Shown here: piece by piece, positions 51,541 to 62,268 of the stretch
Layout: each line of letters opens with the position of its first letter
Numbering within the stretch: the stretch's first letter is position 1
Source of the DNA: an uncultured Bacillota bacterium
GTDB taxonomy: Bacteria; Bacillota_I; Bacilli_A; RFN20; CAG-449
Direction of reading: 5' to 3'
DNA length: 64,000 nt
Assembly (NCBI GenBank): GCA_905204225.1
Contig: CAJKZK010000001.1
Span: forward strand, 4,506-68,505
The notes under the pieces: generated by a model
Databases searched by the model: none
What the model saw: the letters and a program-made list of their open reading frames with translations, nothing else
Told to the model about the DNA's origin: nothing
Translations under genes and position numbers: made by a program

Positions 51541-53794
51541 ATTTATTAATGCAAAACCAATCTATCCAGAAAAATATCTTTTAGAAAAAAATATTTCTTT
51601 ATTTTTTATTGAAGAGATTGATTTAAAAAGAAATGGTAATTTAAAAATAACCAGTAATAATATTTATCGTTTATTTGATAATGGAAAACTAATTGGATAT
51701 GGTCCATCTAGAGCTAGTCATAATTATTTTAGATTAGATGAATATCATTTAAGTAAAGGTCATCATTATTTAGTGATTGAATTATTATCTTCACATTGTA
51801 ATTCTTATTATACATTAAATACTAATCCGTTTTTAGTGTGTGAAATATATGATAATAATATCTATTCTTATACTGGATTAGATAATCATTTTAAATGTTA
51901 TTTAAATAGTAGTCGTTATCAAAAGGTTTCTAGATTTTCATATCAAAGAACTTTTTCAGAATCATATCATTTTTCTTTTAATTTTCATGATTTTATTGAA
52001 GGAAAAATTAATCCTTTTTCTTTAATAGAATGTCAGTGTTTTGAACATGAAAATTATTTAAATAAAAATGTTGAATATGTTAATTTTCCTAGAGTAGGTT
52101 TTAAACAAATTGAAGAAGGTAAATTTTTATATAACGAACAAATAAAACCATATGAAGATCGTTATATGTATTTAAATGAATTAAAAATTTTTCCAAAAAA
52201 TGAATGGGAAGTTAATCCTAATGATTACATTTCTAGATTAGAATATTCTTTAGAAAAAATAGATTGTTTAAAACAAAATACATTTGTTACTTATAAATTA
52301 GATCATTCTTATACAGGGTTTATTGAATTTGAAATAGAATGTTTAAGTGATTGTGAAATTTATTTTATTTTTGATGAAATTGATGCTTCTTTAGGTAGTA
52401 AAGAACCTGTAAAAATTAATTTTTTTCGTAATACTACTCAAAATATTGTTTCTTATGAAATTAAAAAAGGGTTATTTAAACATATATGTTTTGAACCATA
52501 TACTATTCAATATTTAAGATTAGTTATTAAAAAAGGTGAAATAAAAATTAAGAAAATTGATTTTATTAAATATGAATCAAGTGAAATTAATAAATTTAAA
52601 TTTGAAATAGAAAATAAGAAAATTAAGAAAATTTTTTCTGCAGCGATTAATACTTATGCTCAAAATAGTGTGGATATTTTAACTGATTGTCCTTCTCGAG
52701 AAAGAGCAGGGTGGTTATTTGATTCTTATTTTACTTCAATGAGTGAATTTTTAATTACTGGTCAAAATAAAGTTGAACACAATTTTTTAGAAAATTATGC
52801 TTATTTAAAGCAATATCAAACCTTACCAAAAGGAATGATTCCAATGTGTTATCCCGGTGAATTTCCAGATGGTAACTTTATTCCTAATTGGTCAATGTGG
52901 TATATTCTTGAATTAAATGAATATTTGAAAAGAAGTAATGATCAAAATTTAATTGATTTATCAAAAGAAAAAATTGTTGGTTTACTAAATTATTTTGTAA
53001 ATTTTGAAAATGAATTAGGATTACTAGAAGATTTAAAGGGTTGGATTTTTGTTGAATGGTCAAAAGCTAATGATGAAGAATTTATTAAAGGAGTTAATTT
53101 TCCTTCTAATATGTTATATTCAGCATGTTTAAAGGCTGCAGGCGAATTATTGAATGATTATAAGCTAATTGAAAAATCTAATAATGTTATTAATAAAATA
53201 AAGGAATATTCTTTTAATGGTGAGTTTTTTATTGATAACATGATAAGAGTTAATAATGAATTTGTTCTAACTAATAATATTACAGAAACTTGTCAATATT
53301 ATGCATTTTATTTTAATGTAGCTACAAAGGAAGAATATCCAAATTTATTTGAAACTTTATTAAAAAAATTTGGACCTAGTAGAGATTATGAAAAAGTTTA
53401 TCCACATGTTTATAAATCTAATGTTTTAATTGGCGATTATTTAAGATTATTTATTTTATTAAGATATGGGTATTTAAATGAAGTAAAAGAAGAAACTATT
53501 TCTTACTTTTATAAAATGGCTGCTTTAACTGGCACTATTTGGGAGCATGATAGTGTTTTTGCTTCTCTTAATCATGGTTTAACAAGTTGTGTATTAGTCA
53601 TTTTAGTTAATGCGATTTTTTCTTTTTCTTCTTTTGATGAAAAAAATAAAATTATTTATTTAAATAAACATTTTATCAATGAAAAGGGTAAAATTGAAAT
53701 TAATTTAAAAGGTGGTAAATTAATTTTAATTAATGATGGAAAGAAAATTGATATTATTAAACCTGATAACTATCAAATTGAATATTTAAAATGA
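51515..53794 (+). CDS. Alpha-L-rhamnosidase (GH78-like), cytoplasmic
   Basis: DILTDCPSRERAGW matches the GH78 DCPxRER.GW signature. Size 759 aa. Confidence 0.6.
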   Translation: MKKCSMLNKFINAKPIYPEKYLLEKNISLFFIEEIDLKRNGNLKITSNNIYRLFDNGKLIGYGPSRASHNYFRLDEYHLSKGHHYLVIELLSSHCNSYYTLNTNPFLVCEIYDNNIYSYTGLDNHFKCYLNSSRYQKVSRFSYQRTFSESYHFSFNFHDFIEGKINPFSLIECQCFEHENYLNKNVEYVNFPRVGFKQIEEGKFLYNEQIKPYEDRYMYLNELKIFPKNEWEVNPNDYISRLEYSLEKIDCLKQNTFVTYKLDHSYTGFIEFEIECLSDCEIYFIFDEIDASLGSKEPVKINFFRNTTQNIVSYEIKKGLFKHICFEPYTIQYLRLVIKKGEIKIKKIDFIKYESSEINKFKFEIENKKIKKIFSAAINTYAQNSVDILTDCPSRERAGWLFDSYFTSMSEFLITGQNKVEHNFLENYAYLKQYQTLPKGMIPMCYPGEFPDGNFIPNWSMWYILELNEYLKRSNDQNLIDLSKEKIVGLLNYFVNFENELGLLEDLKGWIFVEWSKANDEEFIKGVNFPSNMLYSACLKAAGELLNDYKLIEKSNNVINKIKEYSFNGEFFIDNMIRVNNEFVLTNNITETCQYYAFYFNVATKEEYPNLFETLLKKFGPSRDYEKVYPHVYKSNVLIGDYLRLFILLRYGYLNEVKEETISYFYKMAALTGTIWEHDSVFASLNHGLTSCVLVILVNAIFSFSSFDEKNKIIYLNKHFINEKGKIEINLKGGKLILINDGKKIDIIKPDNYQIEYLK

Positions 53795-54600
53795 ATTTAA
53801 ATTTTAATAAAGATAAGTTATATAAATTATTAAGAAGTTTTTATATTTTAAGTGGAATTAGAATTGTTATTTATGATATTGATTATAATGAAGTTATTTC
53901 TTATCCACCAAATAATTGCTCTTATTGTAAATTAATGGATCAAAAAAAATGCCAATTATCAAATAATAAAGCATTTTTAAAGTGCAAAGAAAGTGATGAT
54001 TTATATATTTACCATTGTCATGCGAATTTAGTAGAGGCTATGATTAATTTAAAAATAAATGGTGAAATTGTTGGTTTTATTATGTTTGGACAAATTAGTG
54101 ATATTGCCAATGAAGAAAAAAGAGTTAAACTCTTGAAAAATAATACTTCTAAAAATGTTCTTTCTTCTATTCAAGAAATTAAGTATTTAGATGATGAAAA
54201 GCTACAAAGTGCATCAACTATTTTGTTGAGCTTAGCAAAATACGCGATAAGTGAAAAAATGGTTTCTATTGAACAAGAAAAATTTATTAATCAAATTAAT
54301 GATTTTATTGAAAAAAATTATGATAAGAATTTAGTGATTAATGATTTTTTAGAATATTTTAATATGAGTAGAACTAGCTTTTATACAATGTGTGATAAGT
54401 ATTTGAATATGGGAATTAGTTCTTATTTAAGATTAAAAAGAATAGAAAAAGCTAAAGAATATCTTCAAAATTATTCTTTATCGTTGAAAGAAATATCTTA
54501 TAAGGTTGGATTTAATGATTATAATTATTTTAGTCAAATTTTTAAAAAAAATGTGGGTATATCTTCAAAAGAATATCGAAAAAAATTCGGACAAAATTAA
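53791..54600 (+). CDS. AraC-family regulator with an N-terminal PocR-like ligand-sensing domain
   Basis: N-terminal Cys/His-containing PocR-like region. C-terminal AraC HTH (SQIFKKNVGISSKEYRKK). Confidence 0.6.
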   Translation: MNLNFNKDKLYKLLRSFYILSGIRIVIYDIDYNEVISYPPNNCSYCKLMDQKKCQLSNNKAFLKCKESDDLYIYHCHANLVEAMINLKINGEIVGFIMFGQISDIANEEKRVKLLKNNTSKNVLSSIQEIKYLDDEKLQSASTILLSLAKYAISEKMVSIEQEKFINQINDFIEKNYDKNLVINDFLEYFNMSRTSFYTMCDKYLNMGISSYLRLKRIEKAKEYLQNYSLSLKEISYKVGFNDYNYFSQIFKKNVGISSKEYRKKFGQN

Positions 54601-54675
54601 AGTAAAATTGAACATTTAATAATATTTTTAATCTTTTTGTATATTTAAAATTTAAGTATATGAAAGGATTTTTTT

Positions 54676-56079
54676 ATGAAAAAACAAACATTTGCATTAT
54701 TTTTTGGTAATCGTGGATTTATGCCTGCTGAATTAATTAAGCAAGCTAGAATTGATATGGTTAAAGCTTTAACTGACGCGAATTATGATTATATTATTAT
54801 GGATGAAGATTTAACTAGATATGGAGCAGTTGAAACTAGAGATGAAGGACTTTTATATCATCAATTTTTAAAGAAACATGAAGGAGAATTTGATGGAGTA
54901 ATTCTTTGTTTACCTATTTTTATTGATGAAAATGGCGCTATTAATGCTTTAAGAGATTGTAATGTGCCTATTTTAGTTCAAGCGTATCCTGATGAAATTG
55001 GTAAAATGGATTTTGCACATCGTCGTGATGCTTTTTGTGGAAAGTTTTCAATTACTGATGTATTAGGTCAATATAAGGTTCCTTTTACAGTTTTAAAACC
55101 ACATGTTGTTCATCCTTTAAGTCCTAAATTTAAAGAAAATTTAGATGACTTTGCTTCTATTTGTAGAGTAGTAAAAGGAATGAAAAGATTTACTATTGGT
55201 TGTTTAGGTGCTAGAACTACTGCGTTTAAAACAGTTAGATTTGATGAAGTAACATTAGAAAAATATGGTATTACTGTTGAATCGTTTGATTTATCAGAAT
55301 TATTTCATAAAGTGGATGAATTGAAAAGTGATGATATTAGAGTTTTAAAGAAGAAAGAAAGATTAATAAATTATACAAATTTTTCTTGTGTTCCTACTGA
55401 TAGATTGATAACATTAGCTAAGTTTTCAGTGGTAATAGATGAATATATAGAAGAATATCATTTAGATGCTATTACATTAAGATGTTGGAATGAAATGGAA
55501 ACTTATTACCGTGTTTGCCCATGTGTATTATTATCAGAATTAAATGATCGAGGAATTGTTGCTTCATGCGAAATTGACTTGTGTAGTGCAATTACTATGA
55601 GAGCTTTATCATTAGCTAGTTTAAAACCTAGTGCATGTTTAGATTGGAATAATAATTATGGTAATGATGAAAACAAAGTTATTTTATTTCATTGTGGCCC
55701 AGTAGCGCAAACTCTTATGAAAGAAAAGGGATTAGTAACTGATCATAAGATGTTTTCTAAAGTTGATCCTGACTCTGGTTGGGGTAGTAATGAAGGAAGA
55801 ATTTCACCTTTTAAAATGACTTTTTCAAATTGTAAAACTGAGGACGGGAAATTAATTGTTTATACTTCAGAAGGTGAATTTACTGATGATAATATTGAAA
55901 AAGATTTTTTTGGATGTGGAGGAGTGGCTTACATTAATAATTTACAAGATAAACTAATTAATTTAGCGAGACATGGATTTAAACATCATACTACTATTGG
56001 TATTGGACATATAAAACAAATTTTAGATGAAGCTTTTAAAACTTATCTTCATTATGATTTAGTGGATATTGATAAATAG
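54676..56079 (+). CDS. Sugar isomerase of the L-fucose/L-arabinose isomerase superfamily
   Basis: About 467 aa. Next to FGGY kinase and aldolase genes. The family assignment is tentative. Confidence 0.4.
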   Translation: MKKQTFALFFGNRGFMPAELIKQARIDMVKALTDANYDYIIMDEDLTRYGAVETRDEGLLYHQFLKKHEGEFDGVILCLPIFIDENGAINALRDCNVPILVQAYPDEIGKMDFAHRRDAFCGKFSITDVLGQYKVPFTVLKPHVVHPLSPKFKENLDDFASICRVVKGMKRFTIGCLGARTTAFKTVRFDEVTLEKYGITVESFDLSELFHKVDELKSDDIRVLKKKERLINYTNFSCVPTDRLITLAKFSVVIDEYIEEYHLDAITLRCWNEMETYYRVCPCVLLSELNDRGIVASCEIDLCSAITMRALSLASLKPSACLDWNNNYGNDENKVILFHCGPVAQTLMKEKGLVTDHKMFSKVDPDSGWGSNEGRISPFKMTFSNCKTEDGKLIVYTSEGEFTDDNIEKDFFGCGGVAYINNLQDKLINLARHGFKHHTTIGIGHIKQILDEAFKTYLHYDLVDIDK

Positions 56080-56080
56080 T

Positions 56081-57505
56081 ATGATATATGCAGGCTTAGA
56101 TGTTGGTACAACTAATTGTAAAATAACAATTTTTGATAATGATTTAATCATTGATAATATTTCTTTATCTTATCCATCAATAAGAAATAAAAATAAGCAT
56201 GTTATTGATCCTCTAATTGTTTTAAATATAGTAAAAAAAGTAATTTTAAAAGCAAGTAAAAAATATTCTTTACGAGGAATTGGTATTACTTCTTTTGGCG
56301 AAACTTGTGTTTTTTTAGATGATAAAGACAATGTTGTTCTACCTTCGTTATTATATACAGATACTAGAGGTGAAAAAGAAAGTAAAGAATTAGAAAATTT
56401 AATTGGTAAAGATAAATTGGGCCAAATAACTGGTCAAATTGGAAGAGGGATGTATTCATTAAGTAAAATTTTAGCTTTAAGAAATGAGTTTAAAGAAGAA
56501 TTTAAAAAAGTTAATAAAATATTTTTAATAGAAGACTTTATTATCTATTCTTTAACACAAAATAGATATATTGATTATACTTTAGCAAGTAGAACTTTGT
56601 GTTTTGATATCAATAATCACTGCTGGTCAAAAGAAATATTAGATAAAGTAAATTTGGATGTTAATTTGTTTTCTATTCCATGTGAAAGTGGTAGTTATGT
56701 TGGCGATTATTTAAAAATAAAAATATTTGCTATTTCTCATGACCAAATAGCAAATGCAATAGGTGGACATGTTCTATCTGAAGGAGATGCAATAGATGGA
56801 TGTGGAACATGTGAATGTATTACAATCCCTTTTAAAACTAAAAAAAATATTTTATATGAAAATGGATATGGTGTTATACCATATATAAATAATCTATATG
56901 TTTGTTATGTGTTAAATAATACTTCAGGAGCTTTACTTAATTGGGTTAAAAATAATTTCTTTTCCCATTTAAAAGAAGATTGCTTTTCTTTTTTAAGCTC
57001 AAAAATAAAAGAAGAACCAAGTGAAGTATTAATTCTTCCTTATTTTGCTGGTAGTTCGACTCCATATATGGATTTAAATGCAACTGGTATGATTTATAAT
57101 TTATCTTTAGGTGTTAATAATTATGAAATATATCAAGCAACATTAGAATCTTTAACATATGAAATGAAATTATCTTTAGACTTGTTAAAAGAAAATGGTA
57201 TTCATATAAATAAACTTTATGTTTCAGGAGGAGGGGCTAGAAATGATAAATGGATGCAAATAAAAGCTGATATTTTAAATATAGATATTTATCAATTAGA
57301 AAATATTAATTCTGGAAGTGTAGGATGTGGAATTGTTGTTGGAAAATGTTTAGGTGTTTTTTCTTCAATTAAAGAAGGGATGGACAAAATGATTAAAGTA
57401 AAAAAAATATATCATCCTAATAAAGCTAAATATGAAAGATATTTAAGCTTATTTAATAAATATAAAAAATTATATCCATTAATGAAAGGACTAGAAAATG
57501 AATAA
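56081..57505 (+). CDS. FGGY-family carbohydrate kinase (rhamnulokinase/xylulokinase-like). Start taken at the ATG at 56081.
   Basis: N-terminal AGLDVGTTNCK. C-terminal GGGARN motif. Confidence 0.7.
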   Translation: MIYAGLDVGTTNCKITIFDNDLIIDNISLSYPSIRNKNKHVIDPLIVLNIVKKVILKASKKYSLRGIGITSFGETCVFLDDKDNVVLPSLLYTDTRGEKESKELENLIGKDKLGQITGQIGRGMYSLSKILALRNEFKEEFKKVNKIFLIEDFIIYSLTQNRYIDYTLASRTLCFDINNHCWSKEILDKVNLDVNLFSIPCESGSYVGDYLKIKIFAISHDQIANAIGGHVLSEGDAIDGCGTCECITIPFKTKKNILYENGYGVIPYINNLYVCYVLNNTSGALLNWVKNNFFSHLKEDCFSFLSSKIKEEPSEVLILPYFAGSSTPYMDLNATGMIYNLSLGVNNYEIYQATLESLTYEMKLSLDLLKENGIHINKLYVSGGGARNDKWMQIKADILNIDIYQLENINSGSVGCGIVVGKCLGVFSSIKEGMDKMIKVKKIYHPNKAKYERYLSLFNKYKKLYPLMKGLENE

Positions 57506-58475
57506 ATTAAATTATATAGGTCACGAATATCAATTGTATGGTAAACAAGAATACGTTTTAACCTCAGGCTTAGGTAATGGTTGCAAAATATGGCACATAA
57601 AAAATGGTTTAGGGCTAGAAATTTATATTAATTTAGATCGCGGATTTGATATAGTTTCAATATCTATTGATGGGAAAAATGTTAGTTATCTTACTCCTAA
57701 TGGATATGTAAATAGCAAATATTATGATGATAAAAAAGATGGTTTCTTAAAATCTTTTTCAGGTGGATTTTTAACAACTTGTGGATTAACTCAAGTTGGA
57801 GCAAGTAATATTGATAATAATGAAGAATTACCACTTCATGGAACTTATAGTAATATACCTTGCGAAAATACATGTTATTTAGAAGATGATAAATATTTAA
57901 TATGTTCTGCTTTGATATTAGATGAAAAAATTTTTTCTCATAAATTAATTTTAAATAGAACTATAAAAATATCTAAGTATGATTGCTCTTTTAAGGTAAT
58001 TGATTCAATTAAAAATAGAGGTGATGAAATAACACCTATAGAAATATTATATCATATTAATATAGGATATCCTTTTTTGGATGAAGATGTGATTTTAGAC
58101 ATTAATTCAAATGAAATAGAATCAAGAAATGATTATGCTGAAAAAGATATTAAAAATTATAAATTAATTCATGCTCCATTAAGTAACATACAAGAGAAAT
58201 GTTATTATCATAAATTTTTATCTAATGGAGAAGTTAAAGTATATCAACCAAAATTTAATAAAGAATTAATTATTAGTTTTGATCATAATGTTTTACCTTT
58301 TTTAACTGAATGGAAAATGCTAAGAATAAGAGACTATGTTTTAGGCCTAGAACCAGGAAATTGTTTTCCTGATGGAAGGAATGTCGCAAGAAAAAAAGGT
58401 TATTTAGAATTTATAAAACCAAATGAAATAAAAAAATATTATTTTGAAGTTAGATTTCAAGAAAGGAATAAATAA
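57498..58475 (+). CDS. Hypothetical protein, possibly an aldose-1-epimerase-like / DUF4432-type sugar-cluster protein
   Basis: Position within the sugar catabolic operon. No strong motif recognised. Confidence 0.25.
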   Translation: MNKLNYIGHEYQLYGKQEYVLTSGLGNGCKIWHIKNGLGLEIYINLDRGFDIVSISIDGKNVSYLTPNGYVNSKYYDDKKDGFLKSFSGGFLTTCGLTQVGASNIDNNEELPLHGTYSNIPCENTCYLEDDKYLICSALILDEKIFSHKLILNRTIKISKYDCSFKVIDSIKNRGDEITPIEILYHINIGYPFLDEDVILDINSNEIESRNDYAEKDIKNYKLIHAPLSNIQEKCYYHKFLSNGEVKVYQPKFNKELIISFDHNVLPFLTEWKMLRIRDYVLGLEPGNCFPDGRNVARKKGYLEFIKPNEIKKYYFEVRFQERNK

Positions 58476-59320
58476 TGTTAGTTAATTTAAATAAAGTATT
58501 AAAATATGCAGAAGAACATAATTGTGCAATTGGTTCATTTAATACGCCTACTCTAGAAAATATAATTGCAGTTATTTCTGCAGCTGAAGAAAAAAATGTT
58601 CCTGTTATTATTATGCATGCTCAATGTCATGAAGAATATGCTCCTATTGATATAATTGGACCAATTATGATATTAATGGCAAAACAAGCGAAAGTAGATG
58701 TATGTGTTCATCTTGATCATTGCGAAGATCTTGAATATTTAAAAAGAGCATTAGATTTAGGTTTTACTTCAGTTATGATTGATGCATCAAGTTTACCTTA
58801 TAAAGAAAATGTTGATTTAACTAAAAAAGCTGTTGGAATAGCTAGAAGTAAAAACGTTTCTATAGAAGCAGAAATTGGTATTTTAGGAGGTAGAGAAGCT
58901 GGTGATAGTAAACCATTATCTAAAGAAGAAATGTATACAGATCCAGCTTTAGCAAAACAGTTTGTTAATGAAACAAAAATAGATGCTTTAGCTTGTTCAT
59001 TTGGAACTGCTCATGGGATTTATAAACAAAAACCAGAATTAGATTTTTCTCGTATTGAAAAAATATCTCATTTGTGTAAATTACCTTTAGTAATGCATGG
59101 TGGTTCTGGAGTTAGTGATGTGGATTATAAAAAAGCAATTAAATTAGGGGTGAGAAAGATTAATTATTATTCTTATATGGCTAGAGAAGGTGTATTTGCT
59201 TGCAAAGAAATATGCCAAAAAGATATAACTTTTTTTCATGAAATTGCTTTATTTGCTACTAAAAGAATGAAAAAAGATGTTCTACGTGCAATGAATATTT
59301 TTTACGATTTTAGTGATTAA
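58475..59320 (+). CDS. Class II (metal-dependent) fructose/tagatose-bisphosphate aldolase family protein
   Basis: IGSFNT, HLDHC, HGGSG motifs of the FBA class II TIM-barrel family. Confidence 0.7.
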   Translation: MLVNLNKVLKYAEEHNCAIGSFNTPTLENIIAVISAAEEKNVPVIIMHAQCHEEYAPIDIIGPIMILMAKQAKVDVCVHLDHCEDLEYLKRALDLGFTSVMIDASSLPYKENVDLTKKAVGIARSKNVSIEAEIGILGGREAGDSKPLSKEEMYTDPALAKQFVNETKIDALACSFGTAHGIYKQKPELDFSRIEKISHLCKLPLVMHGGSGVSDVDYKKAIKLGVRKINYYSYMAREGVFACKEICQKDITFFHEIALFATKRMKKDVLRAMNIFYDFSD

Positions 59321-59640
59321 TTATTTCTTTTTGTTCTTTATCTCTATAATACATTACTAATTTATTTTTGCTTAAATGATACGCATCAACATTATTTGTA
59401 ACACTACATTAATGAAGTAATTTATTTGCTTTATTTGTTACTATAGAGTTATCATTTACAAGCGCTTTTTTGTAGTTATCAATGAGTAAATAACGCATAA
59501 TTAATAAAAATTCTAAAGAATAATAAAATATATAATGATTATATGTAAAGAGATGCTTAAAATATTATTTTGAATTAAAAGTGCATCATTATATATTTTG
59601 TTATATAAAATTAACTTTAAACGATAAATTGACCATTTAA

Positions 59641-59669
59641 AAAGGTGGTTTTTATTTGAACCACCTTTA
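59641..59669. terminator. Bidirectional hairpin AAAGGTGGTT-tttatttg-AACCACCTTT flanked by A/T runs
   Basis: 10-bp perfect stem, immediately downstream of the minus-strand gene ending at 59686. Confidence 0.6.
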
Positions 59670-59685
59670 TTATTTTTTATAATAA

Positions 59686-60051
59686 TTATTTATCTAATTT
59701 TGCACCACATGATTGACAGGTATCAACATTATTTGTGTTTGTACATCCACATTCAGGACATACTTTATTTAATTTGTTTGTTGCAACTGAATTATCATTA
59801 GCGATTGAACCTTTAGTAGCTACTAAAGAACAACCAATCCATAATGACCAAATTCCAAATGTTAATAATCCTAAACCGATAATAATTAAAATCGCACCAA
59901 AGACGCTAAATAAGACGATAGGAAGGATTTCTGTGTTGTTTGATATTCCTAATACTAACATAAAAATACCGCCTATAATGGCTCCTAAAGCGAGAATTAA
60001 AATAAAGATGCTAAGAGTGATAGAAATTGTTTTTCCTTTTGTTGGTTTCAT
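59686..60051 (-). CDS. Small membrane protein (3 TM helices) with a C-terminal CPECG...CQSCG zinc ribbon
   Basis: Hydrophobic segments and CxxC-x10-CxxC. Confidence 0.5.
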   Translation of the reverse strand: MKPTKGKTISITLSIFILILALGAIIGGIFMLVLGISNNTEILPIVLFSVFGAILIIIGLGLLTFGIWSLWIGCSLVATKGSIANDNSVATNKLNKVCPECGCTNTNNVDTCQSCGAKLDK

Positions 60052-60063
60052 AAATAATCCTTT

Positions 60064-61143
60064 CTAACTATTGTAATAGTTTATAAATAAAATTATGACA
60101 ACTATAATAAATATTAAAATAATACCTGCAACAATTGATACTTTAATAGGTGATATTGGTAAACCTTTACCAATTTTTCCTGTTTGCCCATTCATAATTG
60201 TACAATAATTTTTATTACGATAAACAAAATTAACATAATAAAGAGGTAAGAGTTGATAATTATATTTTTCATTATCATAATCAGTATCAATATTTAAATA
60301 TTGAACACCATCATAAGTATATTGACTAAGAATTCCAGATCTAATAGAAGATTTAACAATATCATTAGCTTGATCATAGCATTTATCAAGAGAATCATTA
60401 TAATGTTCGACATAATAACCTCTTAAGAAATTATTATCAAATAAACAACTCTCTGCTAAATTATAAGGAAGTACACTATTAAATTGATCAGTATCAATTT
60501 GAGTGCAAGATTCAACTAAAATATTTTTATAATCATAATCATAAGTACCACTAATATTAAATGTCTTAACTTCTGTTCGAGTTCTACCTTTACTATCAGT
60601 AACAGTCTTTGTTCTAGTTAATACACCATAATAACTAGAAGAAGTATCTCCATCAAATGAGAAAGAAGGAATATAAATACCTTTAATACATTCTGCTTTA
60701 AAAGTTTTTTTTAATTTTGAAGGAACAAAGAATTTCTTTTTAATACCTTCTTTAAAAATTTTACATGCTTCTTCTTTATCAAATTTAAATGGAATGACAC
60801 AATCGGGTTTTAAACCAGGTATATTATTTATTTCAATAACATATTTACTTCCACAATATGGACATTCTTGAGTTAAAGCCAAACCATTTACAACAACAGT
60901 TGCACCACATGTTTGACATTTTACCATTTTATTTTCTTCTGCCCAGTTATCAGTATCAAAAGATTGTTTTGATAAATTTAAATCATGTTTTTCATTGCTA
61001 ACAGTGATTGGAAAATTAAATATAGATCCACAAGAATTGCATTTTAATCCTTTGGATTTGGGATCAAAGAATAGCTCTGATCCACAATTAGCACATTTAG
61101 AAGAAGAAGATGTTAATTCTTTTTGTTCAGTATCTAAATCCAT
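60064..61143 (-). CDS. YdjG-like protein with two N-terminal zinc ribbons and a C-terminal TM anchor. Start taken at M7, giving a TAATG overlap with the upstream gene.
   Basis: CANCG...CNSCG and CQTCG...CPYCG. C-terminal hydrophobic helix. RBS GGAGA. Confidence 0.5.
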   Translation of the reverse strand: MDLDTEQKELTSSSSKCANCGSELFFDPKSKGLKCNSCGSIFNFPITVSNEKHDLNLSKQSFDTDNWAEENKMVKCQTCGATVVVNGLALTQECPYCGSKYVIEINNIPGLKPDCVIPFKFDKEEACKIFKEGIKKKFFVPSKLKKTFKAECIKGIYIPSFSFDGDTSSSYYGVLTRTKTVTDSKGRTRTEVKTFNISGTYDYDYKNILVESCTQIDTDQFNSVLPYNLAESCLFDNNFLRGYYVEHYNDSLDKCYDQANDIVKSSIRSGILSQYTYDGVQYLNIDTDYDNEKYNYQLLPLYYVNFVYRNKNYCTIMNGQTGKIGKGLPISPIKVSIVAGIILIFIIVVIILFINYYNS

Positions 61144-62192
61144 TATAATTTTTCTCCACATTCAGGGCAAAATTTAGCATTAGCATCAACTTTAGCACCA
61201 CATTGTGGACAAAATTTACTAGCTGGGACTTTAGCACCACATTCAGGACAGAATTTAGCACCTGCAGGAATGTCTTTACCACATTCAGGACATTTTTTTG
61301 TATTGGCAGGTTTTTCTTTAGGTGTGTTTTGTGCAGAAGATAAACCTTGTGCAAATAATTGACCTAAACCAGCACCAGCACCTAATCCAACACCAAGACC
61401 GGCCAAATTATTTCCATTTGGATTATTAGCAGCATCTTTTAAAGCTGTTGCAGCTTGATATTGAACAAATGTTCCCATTTTATCTTCCATAACTCCGAGC
61501 TTTGTTCTTTCATCAAGAGCAGCTTCGACTTCTTGTGGAAGGGAAATATTTTCAATAACTAAAGAACATAATTCTAAACCGTAATCATTAAATTCTTTTT
61601 GAGTAGTATCAATAATAGTGGAAGAAAATTCTTTATAATTTGCAGCTAAATCTAATGCAGAAATTTTACTTTCAGCGACAGAATCAGTAAAACCTTGAAT
61701 AATTATTGGCTTCATTTGTTCGCTGACATCACTTGTTTTATAAACAGCATTGGTACCAAACATTTGTTCCATAAATACTTTTGCATTTTTAACTTTGTAA
61801 CTATAAACACCAAATGCACGAATTCTTACATTACCAAAATCATTATCTCTTATCATGATTGGATTTGAAGTTCCCCATTTTTGACCAACCATTTGTTTTG
61901 TGTTTAAGAAATAAACTTCAGCTTTAATTGGTGAATCAAAACCAGTTGGCAAACTAAGAATTTTAGTCAATAAAGGTATATTTTCAGTTGCTAATTGGTA
62001 AGTACCAGGTGCGAAAATATCACAAATTTGACCTTTATGAACAAATAATGCAATTTGAGATGGTCTAACTACTAAAGTAGAACTATTCATTATTTCTTCA
62101 CGATCTTTGAGTTCATAACGATACACAATGGTATCTTTAGAATCATCTTGCCATTCAATGACTTTTAATAATTGTTTTTTAAAAAATCCCAT
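61143..62192 (-). CDS. SPFH/Band-7 (Band_7_1, YdjI-like) protein with four C-terminal zinc-ribbon half-motifs (KFCPECGAKV x4). Start taken at M8, after RBS AGGAGG.
   Basis: N-terminal GFFKKQLLKVIEWQD typical of PF13421. Gly/Ala-rich linker. Repeated CPxCG. Confidence 0.6.
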   Translation of the reverse strand: MGFFKKQLLKVIEWQDDSKDTIVYRYELKDREEIMNSSTLVVRPSQIALFVHKGQICDIFAPGTYQLATENIPLLTKILSLPTGFDSPIKAEVYFLNTKQMVGQKWGTSNPIMIRDNDFGNVRIRAFGVYSYKVKNAKVFMEQMFGTNAVYKTSDVSEQMKPIIIQGFTDSVAESKISALDLAANYKEFSSTIIDTTQKEFNDYGLELCSLVIENISLPQEVEAALDERTKLGVMEDKMGTFVQYQAATALKDAANNPNGNNLAGLGVGLGAGAGLGQLFAQGLSSAQNTPKEKPANTKKCPECGKDIPAGAKFCPECGAKVPASKFCPQCGAKVDANAKFCPECGEKL

Positions 62193-62268
62193 AAACTTTC
62201 CTCCTTGGAACAATTTTATTATAATTTTTTATTATATAAAAAACAATCACTAATTTTAAAATAAAAAG

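Noticed and set aside
59321-59640. 320-bp non-coding stretch after the aldolase gene, examined for a decayed gene or sRNA
   Set aside because: No ORF with an RBS on either strand and no recognisable structured RNA motif. Only the terminal hairpin at 59641 is convincing.
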